DNA of 64,000 nt from Vicugna vicugna (taxonomy: Eukaryota): the NCBI GenBank assembly GCA_013265495.1, contig MU058103.1, forward strand, positions 124,001-188,000, read 5' to 3'. A program made the position numbers and the translations under genes. Positions 1-12,496 of the stretch are shown here, in pieces. The notes under the pieces are model-generated. The model saw only the letters and a program-made list of their open reading frames with translations, was not told the origin of the DNA and ran no database searches. How positions within the stretch are numbered: the first letter of the stretch is position 1; each line of letters starts with the position of its first letter.

Positions 1-554
1 TGTCTTTTCCAAGGATGCAGGATTTGTTAGTGGTAAAACAGGAACCAGAGCCCAGGCTTCTTACCTTCCAATTTCTTGATTACATTATGCATTATATATC
101 ATTAAAATATAACTGCAAAATCTTAACTCTTGAAATATTCTGACATAACTTTGTGAAGCCAGATGCCATTTCAGATTGAACCAGAGGAAAGAAATTTAAA
201 ATATGCCATAATTCAGACTACCCGTAGACCATTTGAAGTCCAACGTGTACTTATCTTTGTACCTATGAGTTGTGATTTGTATCCCTTATTTTCCTTCGTA
301 CTTGCTTCTGAGAACTTTTTACCAAAAAATAGATTCCTGATGCATTCAGGAGATGGTCTAGTTTTTATTACTGGGTATCCAAAGCCATTTGCATATTATA
401 AGACTTATTCTTACCCTTCTTCCCTTATCTCTTACCACTGTCTCTTTCAAACTATTCATACCAATCATTAGGGACCCTGTGTAACTTCTGTCAAGGTCTA
501 CCATCTCCAGACATTTACTCAGACTATTTATTGGCTTTTAATGTTCTTATGTCC

Positions 555-825
555 TCTTTGCCTGGATAGTTCTTCAAACCTAAGCTTAGATATTACTTCC
601 TTCAGAGTAGTAGCCTTTCCTGGATATCCCTCCAGCATTTAACAACCTCCTTCTTTATGTGCTCCTATCAAATTCTATCTCCATTACTGTGTGTTCACAT
701 AGTATTACAGCTGTCAGCGTGTTCTCTCTCTTCCCTACTAAGTGACACATTCTTGTACTGTGTTCACTGTTGTATCTTCAGCAATTGTTTCAGCACATAG
801 TAGGAAACAATAAAGTAATTGTTTA
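555..825 (+). mobile_element. LINE-2 3' end fragment (degenerate)
   Basis: Ends in the L2-type tail ...ttcactgttgtatcttcagca...cagcacatagtaggaaacaataaagtaattgttt; boundaries approximate. Confidence 0.6.
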
Positions 826-3531
826 TTTACATTATATGAAAAATTAAGATGTCAGTATTGCATCTGTAAAGAATATTATTATAGTTTGAGGGGGGTTATT
901 CTCTTTCTGGTATCACCCATATGAAAGATGAATCAGTACTATATGTCATTGAAGCATATTTTCAATGTAAAAAATCAAGACACATCGAAAAACAAAGAGA
1001 GATATCTGAAGCATCAAGACAGATAGTTAAAATGAAGAGTGATACAGATATATAAAAAATCAAGAAAGATACCTGGGATTTTTTCATGGGAAATTTTTTT
1101 GAAAATCCCTGGATCATCTGAAAAACTGCATTTATATTCATGGTTAGAATGTTCATTTTTATTTTGGATTCAGCATTTGATAGCTCTTATAAGGAAAATG
1201 TAAAAGGAAGTGTAAGTCATATACTAATTATTTATGCTTCTATTACAATATCATCCTATGGATTATTAAGAAATATTGGAGTTGAAACCCATCTTAGAAT
1301 CATTATACTCAACTCCATCAATTAGCAAAAGCAAAAGCTGGGTTAAATTCTCACAAGATCAGACAGCTGGCTTGTGGAAGAGCAGGAACTAGAGCTAAGT
1401 CTCTTATCTCCCACTCTAGGGCATTTCATACCCCACTGCATATAACAATAGCAACAATAGGCAAGTTTTTAGTATTTTAGGCCTTGTAAATCTGCCTACC
1501 CATGTGGAAGGATCTTAATTTTTATAGTAAGTGTAGAAAAAAAATGTAACTCTGAGTGTTTGCTATTACAGATTGGAAAAATCCTTGGAAAATAAATATA
1601 TTTCTTCTTTGGGAGCCAATGTTAAGAAAAGCTGTGTTAAAAGTGGATTTTCTGACTTTTATTTAGCATTTGGGTTATTGTAAGCCATTTTGATATTCAT
1701 TTACTTTATTATTAAGAACCTACTGTATATAGAGCTTATGTTAGGTGCTATAAAGTCTAATGATGGAGAGAAGATCCTTTATGCAATTAAAGTTCTTTCA
1801 GGCTAGTATAAAAGTATAAAGCAATTGTTGTTGTTGTTGTTGTTAATTCAGAGTACATGTCACTCCTTAAATATAATTCTGATGTCTCCTATGGAATATG
1901 AATTAATTTCTATAAACATGATATGCATTTCTTTATTAAAATATTAGATACCCTAATGCATATGGCTTATATATACAAAGTCCTTGAGTTAACTTTTTAG
2001 AATCATGATAGTTAACACGCATGCAATTAGAATAGTAGAGCAAAATGATATATTTTGCCTATAGAATGGGGCTGCAGTTTCTTAACCTAGTTATGTAATA
2101 AGTTCCTCTAAAATGTGTTTATTCTAATGCCTGATCCAAAAACATTTATTTATTCTGAAAATGTCAAGGACCTTCTCTGTATTGGGCAGACGATTGGAAA
2201 ATGGATTTAGAGGGAAGGAAATGTTAGGAAGATATGGAGAATCAACTAAAATGCAAGTCCTTGTCCTAGGTGCTTTCATGTACGTTATCTCAGTTCAGCC
2301 TTTACAGTAATTTTTAAGGGAGACTTTCTTAGCAATTCCATTTTAGAGATTAAAAACATGGGAGCTCTGAAAGATTACACAGTATAAAATAGGAATTTGA
2401 GTTCAGTTATTTTAGCTACCAGTCCAGCACTCACACAAATTCCTTAAACATACTTGTGAATCCAAACAAGTTGGCAATTTCCCCATGATCTACATAGTAA
2501 TTTGAGTTTGAATGAGGCAATGAGTGGACCTCAGATATTTTCAGCAGAAGTAACATAAGTCTGCTGCTGAGAAGAGAAGTAACTACTAACATCAGTGATG
2601 ATAGCTAGATTCAGCTGGTTTTAAAATCTCCTTATCTGAGCAATGATTGAGATCAGAAAAAGTCTGTTTTTAGTATTGCTTTGTTGGAACACATTAATAT
2701 TGAGTCCTTCTCAAATCCTGAGCCAGAAGCAGTAGATTAACAACTATGAACAAGGATGGAGAATGACCTAATAAAGTCGGTTGATGAATGGCAAATCCAA
2801 GAGGTGGCAGAGGAGATAGACAAGCTGGAGAAAAAAATAGAAACCATAGAAAAGAATCAAGTGACAGAATGATCATGCATTAAAGAAAAAGAAATGTGAA
2901 GTGGATATATGCCATAAACCATTGTCGCGCTGTAAAGGGGAGGCACGGTCTTGTTCACACAAGGCAGTGGTCTGAGCAGACTCTTTATGGAACCTAACCA
3001 ATATGTTCCTCTGAGAATTCCAGCAATGGGGATCTAACTGAGCATCAACTCTGTCTAAGTATGCAGTTGAGTTTGAGTTGGGATGGTCAGTTTGAAAATG
3101 GGGTAGGGAAAGATAAAAAGATATTTTTATGTGTGTGTCTCAGAGTTTAAACTCAACTCAGTCTCTAAATTTTGGGAAACAAAAGGGGATATTCTTGAAA
3201 GATCCATGTTCACTATTGAAAAGAACAGAGAGAGAAGAGGAGAAAGGAGATATGGGTGTGGGGACAGGTGAATGAGATAAAGAGTGATGGAGAGAAGATG
3301 AATAGAATAACAATGGTCAGTGCAATCCCTATCAAAATACTAAGGGCATTTTTCATACACTAGAGCAAATAGTTTAAAAATTCCTTGAGTGAACTGCAAG
3401 TGCTGGTGAAATGAGTGGAAAAGCATTCCTTGTGTGAGCAGAGGCTTAGTGCTGAGAAAGATGGAGGAAAGGTAGACAGAGCCGGAGATTCTGACAGAGT
3501 AGAAAAAAGACACACAGGGAAATGAGGTTGA

Positions 3532-3567
3532 AAATCTGCCTACCCTACACACAGGGTAGGCAGATTT
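3532..3567. repeat. Perfect inverted repeat (15-bp arms, 6-nt loop)
   Basis: aaatctgcctaccct (3532-3546) - acacac - agggtaggcagattt (3553-3567); the arms are exact reverse complements. Confidence 0.95.
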
Positions 3568-4271
3568 ACAAGGCCATTTACAGACAGATTGAAGAGGGAG
3601 ATGACAAACAAGCTGGTTAGTTTAAATTTAACATTGTAGACAGGGAAGACTGCAGATTTCTGAGCAATTGTATCACTAGCAGCACCATGCTTTAAGAAAA
3701 ATTAACAGTTGTATATATGTAAATTAGAGATGGCAGTGAGGATGGAGAAATCTAAATAATAGTTATCCTTTCAGAGGTGTTTGCTCGAGTTTGGAGGAAG
3801 TTACTATTTTTTTTTCTGTAACGTTTCAACATATTTTGCAAGACAGTTTCATGAAAAGCCTAAAAGAGTAAATACGAATCATTGGTCTCTATACATTGCT
3901 TCCCCCTATTTTTGTCACACTATGAAGTGTTTTCAGTTAAAACTTCCAAGTTAATATTTAATGCAAAAATGGAGTAAGACTGAAAACAGACAAACAAAAA
4001 CTTCTGTAGTAAAGGTATTTCCTAATTGTGATCTTAATTTATATTTAGAAGATAAAAATTTGGACAGATTAACAAAGTAAAATAAATGTGCAATCAGAAG
4101 TGAGCCCACAGTGACATCCAACTCTAGCTTCTAATTATGTTCAACTGGAAATCATAGTCATCTTATGTTGGCAGTCTGTTTAAAATGATTTTTGTAAACC
4201 TCTCGTTAGTTACCGCCTTATTTCTTCCTTGAATACTGAAACTACCCTAACTGGTCTTTATGTTTAAATGT

Positions 4272-4743
4272 TGTATGGTCAGCCCACCCAAGATGGCTGT
4301 TCTCTTGCTCTCTTTGCATCCCCTGCTCAACCACTGCCTGCTTCACCTATACCTACTCACATGACTGACCTTCCTACATATTAGCCCCCAGCCCCAGCTA
4401 GTGATTATTCTAATCTTTAGATCAGAACTTCTCCACCTGGACAGCTTATCAAAGGGTCAGTGAGGGGCGAGCTTTTCTGCTGGTCTCTCTGATAACCAAT
4501 AAGCCAACCTGATGTCAATTCCCTCTGTACTTGTAACCTAACCCTCACCCCAGGAGCAAAGAATGCCACCATATCCTACCCTCTCTCTGCTGCACACGTT
4601 GGGGTGTCACCCTAGGACCATGCTTCAGACGGGTAAGCTCCCCTGTCCATTAAATCATTCATGGCTCTGTCTCGGACTCTGAGCTCTTTCATTGAAGCTG
4701 GGCAGGTACAGAGTTTGTAAGCCTTCAGGGGTGCAGCCCAGCA
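4272..4743 (+). repeat. 5' LTR (possibly MER73/MER74-related; family uncertain)
   Basis: Starts tgtatggtcagcccacccaagatggctgttctcttgc, ends ggggtgcagcccagca; poly(A)-signal-like attaaa near 4649; aligns by eye with 9312-9787. Confidence 0.85.
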
Positions 4744-4839
4744 GTTGGAGAGCAGCAGGGGGACCAAGGAAACTCCCTTGAGTGCTGAGATGTTGGGAAA
4801 TAAGCATGGGGAAGGGAAAATTGTAGGGGCTGTCCACTA

Positions 4840-5131
4840 ATGTGGGGCCCAAAAGTTGCATGGGTGATCCCAGAAGTTGCAGGGGAAATCCCAGGGTGGC
4901 CGTGCACTGGTCCATGGAGCCCTATGGTGCCTGTCCTTGATGAATGGGAGCCACCAAGACAGTACAGAGAACTCACAGACACTTCTAAGTCTGTTGCAGA
5001 GATACTGGCCTGCATTACAGTGCATTACAGTGGGAAAAAAGAAGGTAGACAGTAAGGTGATAACCACAGCTGTGAGCTGGCCTTTGCTTTTTGTATTAAG
5101 AAAGGCCACAGAGGCTGAGTTAACAGCCTAG
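4840..5131 (+). pseudogene. gag-like N-terminal remnant of the ERV
   Basis: Located just after the PBS/leader. The peptide GEIPGWPCTGPWSPMVPVLDEWEPP is reminiscent of class III gag N-termini. Frame is broken. Confidence 0.4.
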
Positions 5132-5251
5132 ATGAAGGCTAACTTGAATGCTGATTTCATGTTCCTATGAACGTGAGGGATGCGAATGTGAGTGAAAGAT
5201 ACATATTATTGTCTATTGCTGTTACTTGTTTAAACTGAATTAGCTATTTCT

Positions 5252-6056
5252 TTATTTTTGTTGAAGTATAATTGGTTTACAGTTTTTCAGGTGTACAACA
5301 AAATGATTCAGTTAAACCTATATATCCATATGTATTATTTTTCAAATTCTTTCACATTATAGGTTATTACAAGATATTGAATATGGTTTCCTGTGCTATA
5401 CAGTAGATCCTTGTTGTTTATCTATTTTATGTATGATAGTGTGTATCTGTTAATCCCAAACTCCTAATTTATCCTTTTACCCCCATTTCCCCTTTGGTAA
5501 CTATAAATTTGATTTCTATGTCTATGAGTTTATTTCTGTTTAGTAAATAAGTTCATTTGTTTCAATTTTTAGATTCCACTTATAACTGATATTGTATGAT
5601 ATTTATCTTTCTCTGTGTGACTTCACTTATGATAATCTCTAGGTCCATCCATGTTGCTGCAAATGGCATTATTTTATTCTTTTTTTATGGCTGAGTGTCA
5701 GTTCATCTCTGAGTGGACATTTAGGTTGCATCCATGTCTTGGCTATTGCAAATAGGGCTTCTGTGTTTTTTGTGCCAGTACCGTACTGTTTTGATTACTG
5801 TAGTCTTGTAACATAGTCTGAAGTCTGAGAGTATGATAGCTACTGCTTTGTTCTTCTTTCTCAAGATTGTTTTAGATTTTCAGGGTCTTTTGTGTTTACA
5901 TACAACTTTAAAAATTATTTGCTCCGTTCTGTGAAAAATGCCATTGGTAATTTGACAGGGATTGCACTGAATCTGTAGATTGCCTTGGGTGGTATGATCA
6001 TTTTGACAATATTGATTCTTCTAATCCAAGAAGACAGTATATCTTTTCATCTGTTT
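5252..6056 (-). mobile_element. L1 3' portion with internal deletion, nested in the ERV
   Basis: Reverse-strand L1 3' UTR (gttgaagtataattggtttaca...aggtccatccatgttgctgcaaatggcatt) joined near 5760 to ORF2-derived sequence (tgtgccagtaccgtactgttttgattactgtag...gggattgcactgaatctgtagattgcc). Confidence 0.9.
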
Positions 6057-6084
6057 TTGAACTATTTAGAAACTGAAAAAAAAA

Positions 6085-8400
6085 TCACTGAAAATGACCA
6101 AGATGGGAATCTTCTGACATTCTCAAACTGATTTTGCATATACCATTAGAGGAAGTTAGCTTTCTAGAAGGAATTGGTGTTTCTCTTCCTATTCCTTTGA
6201 GATGTAAATAATCTACCTGGGCTCCCAGGAAATTTAATCTAGTCCCTGAGAGTAAAAAAAAAAGAGAGAGAGAGAGAGAGAGAAAGAAAGATCTTTTAAA
6301 TTCTCGCGGGAAAACTGTGAGATCTCTGTGTCTATATATGTCTATATGTATGTGTAACTTATAAATATGTAGTGTCTTTGACTCCAGATGGCATTGCCAA
6401 GATTGGTTTGTGGATAAGCTCTGTTTAAATGGCTTAAAATAAATTAGGTGCTTAGGTGAATTCTCAGAAATGTAAAAGAAATTGGATAGAATGAATTTCA
6501 ATGTCACATGATCTGGGAAATATTCAAAACTGAATTAATATCTGGTATTGAAGCTACTTAAGCTTGTTGGTTTGATTAACATAGACATGTCCTTAGAGTT
6601 TCCAGTGTTAAGTATAATACTTCTGTTGTACATAGATTTTACTAGAGGTCAAGTAAGACCTTATTATATCTGTTGCAAATTTGACAGCAAGGAAAATAAC
6701 TTGATGTGATGGAACTTTAAGAAAAGGTAAACTCCCTAGGAATACTTATGTTTTGGGAATGTCTATCATTTTAAAATAGTCTCCTTTTACTTTGGTAATT
6801 TTCAATTAGACTAAGTTAAATGGAGAGAATTCATTGATTATCTGAGTCATTTCAAATAGGATAAAATATTGAAACATTAATTCGTGGGTGGGTCTGAGTT
6901 TACCTACCTTTGCCTTCATAGGAGAAGACTACGCATGAGTTTTCCAATCAGGAAATGCTGGTATGACAAATAGTTCACAATTACTTGCTTCCTGGTTTTT
7001 GCCAGAGATTGAGATTTTTAAGGGTTAAGATTATAATCAGTCATAATTCTAGTTATTGTAACCAAATTTTCTTTATCAATTACATTGTGATTAGGTGTTT
7101 ACCTGTGTCTTTTAAAGTCTTTTATCATGTATAGACAATTATTATTGTACTCTGATACTTTTACAAAAGTGCTTCAGCCTCAAGAAGAGTCATAGGGAGG
7201 ACCTTTTGACAAGTACTGGGTAAGAAATTCAAGAATCCTAATGGAAAATGTGATGGTTTCATAAGAAGTTGACAAAAGAATTGGTTACAGAGTGAACTGG
7301 TTATAATTTTTGTGGTTTTTGCCTGGAATATTACTGGTTTGATCTGTTTTCCAGTTATAAGGAAGCTGTCATGTTAGTTATGACTTATAGCAATTTGGTA
7401 AACTGTATCTGTAGGTAGAACTGAAAATTGTTTCTTTTTTCTCTGCCTGGTCCCTCTAGAAATTAGAGAATCTTGGGTTCTGAGTAGTCTTATCAGGTAA
7501 ATGAAAAAGACTGTCTCCTAGTATGTGCAGAATGTCCTGGCTCTGAGAGGCCTTTTAGGAATTTAGTCTGAGACTCCTGAGGAATTTCACCATAGTCAGT
7601 TTGGAGGAAGCAATGTGGTCACTTGATCAGACTTATTTTGCAAACAAATTAGTCTTGATTTGGCTATGTTTGGTGGAGATGAGCGTATTTTAGAGAGAAA
7701 AAATATGTTTCAGTGGATATTAAATTCTAGTTCTTGTTAATTAGGGTTTATATTTATGAATATTGTTGTATTAGCCACATTTTTGCCCTGATGTTCAGGA
7801 GGAAAAGAAAATTATCTAGCAAAGTTGTCACAGAGTTTAACTACTCATGATGTATCACTGTTTGCTTTAAGTCTTCTGCTAAAAGCACATGTATAATGTT
7901 TGTGTAACTATTCAGTGTAAGTGATAAAATGTAGAGCTTATAAAATGTTTCCTTGTTAACATACCTCTAAGCTTGTTCACAATATCTAATCAGTTTTCCC
8001 CCAATGTCAGCTGGGAAAATATAAAGGAGGCCTAGCACTGAGGGGCATGATATGGACCCAGGGCTGGCAGCATTCACCCTGGCTTTGGGGGTAATACTTG
8101 GTCTATCAAAAGATTTGCAATCAAAAGGGGAAGTGATGGAAAAATCTTCACATGTGGAGGTATGAGGAAGTCATTCTAGCTTACAAATGATTTAACTGGA
8201 ACATTACTGACAGAGTGGCCTGTTTTGTGGCCTATGGAACACGCGTTTGTATATCTGCTTTCGCCATTGTGCAGAGGAATGCATTTGAAAGTCAAAATAG
8301 AGTAGCTGTGGTTCAGGCATCCAAATTAAAACTAAGTGGAAATTGTAGCTGTGTTTTTGAACACATTCTTGTATTACTGAAAACTTGAGTTTTCTGAACT
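6085..8400 (+). mobile_element. ERV1-like (MER4-group type) non-autonomous internal sequence plus start of an LTR, nested in the class III element
   Basis: AT-rich internal sequence typical of MER4-group elements; polypurine tract aaaaggggaag (8123-8133) immediately followed by TG at 8134. Boundaries uncertain. Confidence 0.6.
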
Positions 8401-8805
8401 ATATTGAAGACCAGGACAAAAACCACAGACAGATGTGTTATCTTAGAATGAGAGTACTGACTGTGATTTGCTTAATGGTCATGATCTCCCCTGTGTTGTG
8501 CCTGTTAGATGTCTTACATTTCATCCCTAGCTTGAGTGAAGGAAATCTATTTGAGTACTGAGCAGCAACAGTGGCCTCACTGCAAAATGAGTCTAATTAT
8601 TGGGTCTACAGTGAGATGATTTTGTCATCTTCCTGTGGATTTCCATGAAAAATCTACCTGCTAATGTGGCTTTGTGGGATGATGGGCAGTGGAGGAGTAG
8701 GGGTTCTTACCATCTTCCTGTCCCACCTGCCAGCATATCAGAAGGACTCCCATCGGTAAACATTACTGTATGACTGGCTGCCCATGAGCATGCCTGGGCT
8801 GTGCT

Positions 8806-9230
8806 GTGTGGAATGGAATAGGCTGGCTTCTGGACACACAAGTCCCACTAGTGGGATTAACTGTTTTTTGTTTAGAAAGACCTAATGGGTCCACCCCTAA
8901 TGGCACTCAACACAACATGGGATGGCTGACCTGTACTGTGACTGCTGACTCCTGGCTAGGCCACCAAAATGTTTCTTTTAGAGCCAGTGCTTTCCTTCCC
9001 CATGGGGATAGCTCTGAGTTTATGAAAACCAAGAGTGGCCTTACCTTATGTATAACTGGACAGGAAGCTGCTGCCATTGTCTCACTCGCCACTGATTCAA
9101 TAAGTGCTTGGCTCCAAAACTTGCCCACATCCTAGAAAATGACTGTTCTTGGCATACTAGGTATCTTACTCTTGATACTCTGGCTGCTGCAGTCTGTATT
9201 GTATGTGTGTTATGCAGTTGCAGTGCCCCT
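8806..9230 (+). pseudogene. env-like remnant (membrane-proximal and transmembrane segment)
   Basis: ORF 8806-9135 continues in the same frame past one TAG: ...ISAWLQNLPTS*KMTVLGILGILLLILWLLQSVLYVCY. This is a hydrophobic anchor just upstream of the PPT and 3' LTR. Confidence 0.55.
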
Positions 9231-9311
9231 CTCCATACCTGACACCAGGGATATCGTGGAAGAGGGATAGGCCAAGACTTTTAAGGTCATGCAGGGTACG
9301 TAGAGGTGGAG

Positions 9312-9787
9312 TGTATCATCAGAACACCCAGGTTGGCTGTTCTCTTGCTTTCTGTGCATCCCCTGCTCAACCAGTGCCTGCTTCACTTACTCCCTATTCA
9401 CATGACTGACCTTCCTACATACCTGCCCCAGGCCCCAGCTAGTGATTAGATTATAACATCTCCACTATGAAAGCTATGGAAAAGAGGCAGTGAGGGGTGT
9501 GCCCCTCTACTAGTTTCCCTGGTAATGAGTGAGCCAACCTGAGGTCAATATCCTGTATAACTGATAACCTCCTCCTCCCCCCATCCCCTGGGGGCAAAGC
9601 CTGCTGCCTTGTTCTGCCAGCCTTCTGCCACACACAGTGGAGTGTTGCTCCAGGACCTTGCTTTAGATATGTAAACTCCCCCTATCCATTAAACCATTGA
9701 TGTCTCTGTCACTGGCTTTGGGCTCTTTCTTCAGTCCTGAAGCTAGGCAAGTACCAGCTTTGCAGGCCTGCGGGTTGCAGGCCAACA
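9312..9787 (+). repeat. 3' LTR
   Basis: Starts tgtatcatcagaacacccaggttggctgttctcttgc, ends cgggttgcaggccaaca, followed by the TSD aatgt. Confidence 0.88.
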
Positions 9788-10429
9788 AATGTCCATCCCA
9801 TTTGTAATTGTTCCTTTATTCTCTGCCAAAGGGACCGCTTCCACAGCATGTAACTTCTCTATTTCCCACATCCTTCTTTCCAATCAAAATAATGCCCTCC
9901 ATTACTTGTAGACTGAGTATTAGGAAGCTAATATTTATTTCACATTTATCAGATCAGTTTGGAAAAAATGATGCCCAATAGCATTCATCTAGAAAAGGAT
10001 AGATATGGAATCACAACATGGTTGGGTTAATTCAAGTGTGATCATTCTACCATAAACTGCTGTTAACTACAGTGAAATGATGCAAGTTAACATCAAAAAC
10101 TGGACTCAAATATATGTCCCAGTCTTTTCTTTTGTGTATGTTTACTGTGGCATTTTAACATGTTTTAGGAGCATTCATATGGACCTTTGATCATCCGAAT
10201 TGTTTAAGAATGCACTGCTAAAAAAGAAAAAAAAAACCCAAAAACTATGATTATAGGTAATTACTGCACCACCATTTAAAGAGTTGGATTAACATAAACC
10301 TTATATAATAATTCCTCCAAAATTGAGATTAAAGTTTTCTTATCAAAGAATTAAAACTGTGTTTGTAGTTATTTCAAACTGGATTATCTGAATGTAATAA
10401 CATAAGAAAAAAGTTTAAAAAATTGTGGA

Positions 10430-11430
10430 AGAGATAAGAATATTTTTTTCAGTGTATTTCCCTAAAAAAATCTGAATCAATTGAAGTTATTAAGACATTT
10501 AAGTGAATTTAATAATATTAGCAATAATCAGTTAGAAAATACATTAGAGTAAAAATATTTATACCTAATCTCAATAACAGTAGATACATATCTCAAGACT
10601 AACTCACAAGGAAATGTATAAAACTCACATGAAGAGGACAGATTTCAAAATCATTTTTTGAAATTCAGTAGGGAACATGAATGGGAAGAATGAGTCTTAT
10701 AAAAGTATCATTGATCCTCAAAATGATATATATATATACCAGTATGAACCACTTCTTTTGGATTATGTGACTTTGGGAAGATTTATATATTTTAAAGGTA
10801 TGTAATGAGTATGGGCTACCATACTACATACTAAAAAAGATATAAAAGATCTAAACCCTCACAGCCTCCTACAAAAAAAACCTGATGAATATATATGTTC
10901 TAATTTATTATAGGATAAGAATAGCATTTTGAATCTGAAAAAATGATAGCTTATACAACACAAGTTGGTGGTAAGACAAAAAGCCTAAATTATACCAATT
11001 TATTTTTAGGAAATAATCATAGATGTGAGCAAAGATTTAGAAATAATAATGTTAATTGTGACTCTTTTTGGGAAAAATTAGAGCCAACTTAAATGTCTAA
11101 AACAAAAGACTAGTTAAATAAATTTTATGTTCCTAGTACAAAATTATATATATCAAAAATAGTATTATAAAATATATAATAATATGTAAATATACTCGTA
11201 ATATGTTTAGTTTGAAAAATACAAAATTACTTCTATCATACGATTTCACTTATAATTTGTATTCTTTCTAACATATGGCTCAAGGAATCAAAACCAATAC
11301 CTTAACAGCTGTTATATCCATATAGGAAACATGTAGGTAGTACTGAATTTTGTAGTTGTTTGTTTTTGTATCTCTATTTCCTAAATTTTGTTGTTGAAAT
11401 GAATGTATATTATTTTGTAAATTAAAAAAT
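10430..11430 (+). mobile_element. Ancient L1 (L1ME-like) fragments
   Basis: A-rich degenerate L1 ORF2/3' UTR-like sequence (e.g. gagccaacttaaatgtctaa...agactagttaaataaatttt; ends tgaatgtatattattttgtaaattaaaaaa). Confidence 0.5.
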
Positions 11431-12296
11431 GGCAAAAAAATGGCAAGTTATACAATATAAAGATTCACTAAATGTATATACCTATACAAATGATCATCTT
11501 AAAGCAAATTTCCATTTCTGGAGTTTTCTGTACCTCTGCTTTTATTTTGGAGAAGGCTCTGAATGATGCATGAAGCCTCTTCCCTCCCACTGCAAGCTGC
11601 TAGCTAGCTGCTGGGATGCTGTGTGCTTTACAACTTACAGATCCTCAGAATCCGACAGTGAGTCACACTGCAGGACATTCATAAGGGCTGAAAGGCACAA
11701 TCCCTCGAGAAACCTGACTTTTTAGTAAGGATTTTCAAGAAATGTTCTTTGTTTTCATTTCCTTAGCTCTTCCCTCCTTCTTTTTCATTCTCTTTTCCCT
11801 TCAGATGCTGTTTCCTTAAGAGCTTTGAGAAAATTAATTTTTTTTTCTTCCCACAAAAGGCCCTTTGGAGAGGAGAAAACTTCTAGGACCTCTGGGTGTG
11901 TCCACACCTGTCTACCTCAGCCCCTATCAGCTTATAGCAGATTTACCTTCTATTAGAGTCTCTTCCGTGTCAGGTCCTGAGTCAAAAAAATCCAAAGCAT
12001 GGCCAGATGGAAGAAATGTCTTTTCTACATGAGATTGGAATGGGGAGGAGAACACCTTTTTTTTCTTCCGATGATCTGTGTGTTAGGGATTAAAAAGCTG
12101 TCAAGGACCTTTGCATGAAGGTTGTTTTCCCAGAGAGTCCAGGCTTCCTGCCAGGTCTTCTACACAGTCCCCTGCTCTCAGGCCAGAATCTTGCTGGACT
12201 TACATTCCAACCTTGAGGCCCAACCTCCTTGGTAAGGTCTTTGACCCTCAAGAAGTACCTCATCCCACTTTCTCCCCCTGAGAAATCCCTATTATC

Positions 12297-12496
12297 TTTT
12301 TTTGAATTGAAGTATAGTCAGTTTATAATTTGAGTCAATTTCTGGTGTACAGCATAATGCTTCAGTTATACATGAACATACGTATATTCATTTTCATATT
12401 ATTTTCACTGTAAGTTACTACAAGATATTGAATATAGTTCCCTGTGCTATATAGTATGAACTTATTGTTTATCTATTTTATATATATTAGTATCTG
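12297..12496 (-). mobile_element. L1 3' end fragment (camelid-type)
   Basis: ttttttgaattgaagtatagtcagtttataat...aatttctggtgtacagcataatg...caagatattgaatatagttccctgtgctata; same family as the copies at 21064, 43372, 50075 and 58740. Confidence 0.9.

Larger units (their letters stand above)
4272..9787 (+). mobile_element. Degenerate endogenous retrovirus, class III (ERVL-like), with two LTRs and nested insertions
   Basis: Two similar TG...CA LTRs (4272-4743, 9312-9787); 5-bp target-site duplication AATGT at 4267-4271 and 9788-9792; purine tract agaggtggag directly before the 3' LTR; PBS-position sequence gttggagagcagcagg after the 5' LTR. Confidence 0.9.
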
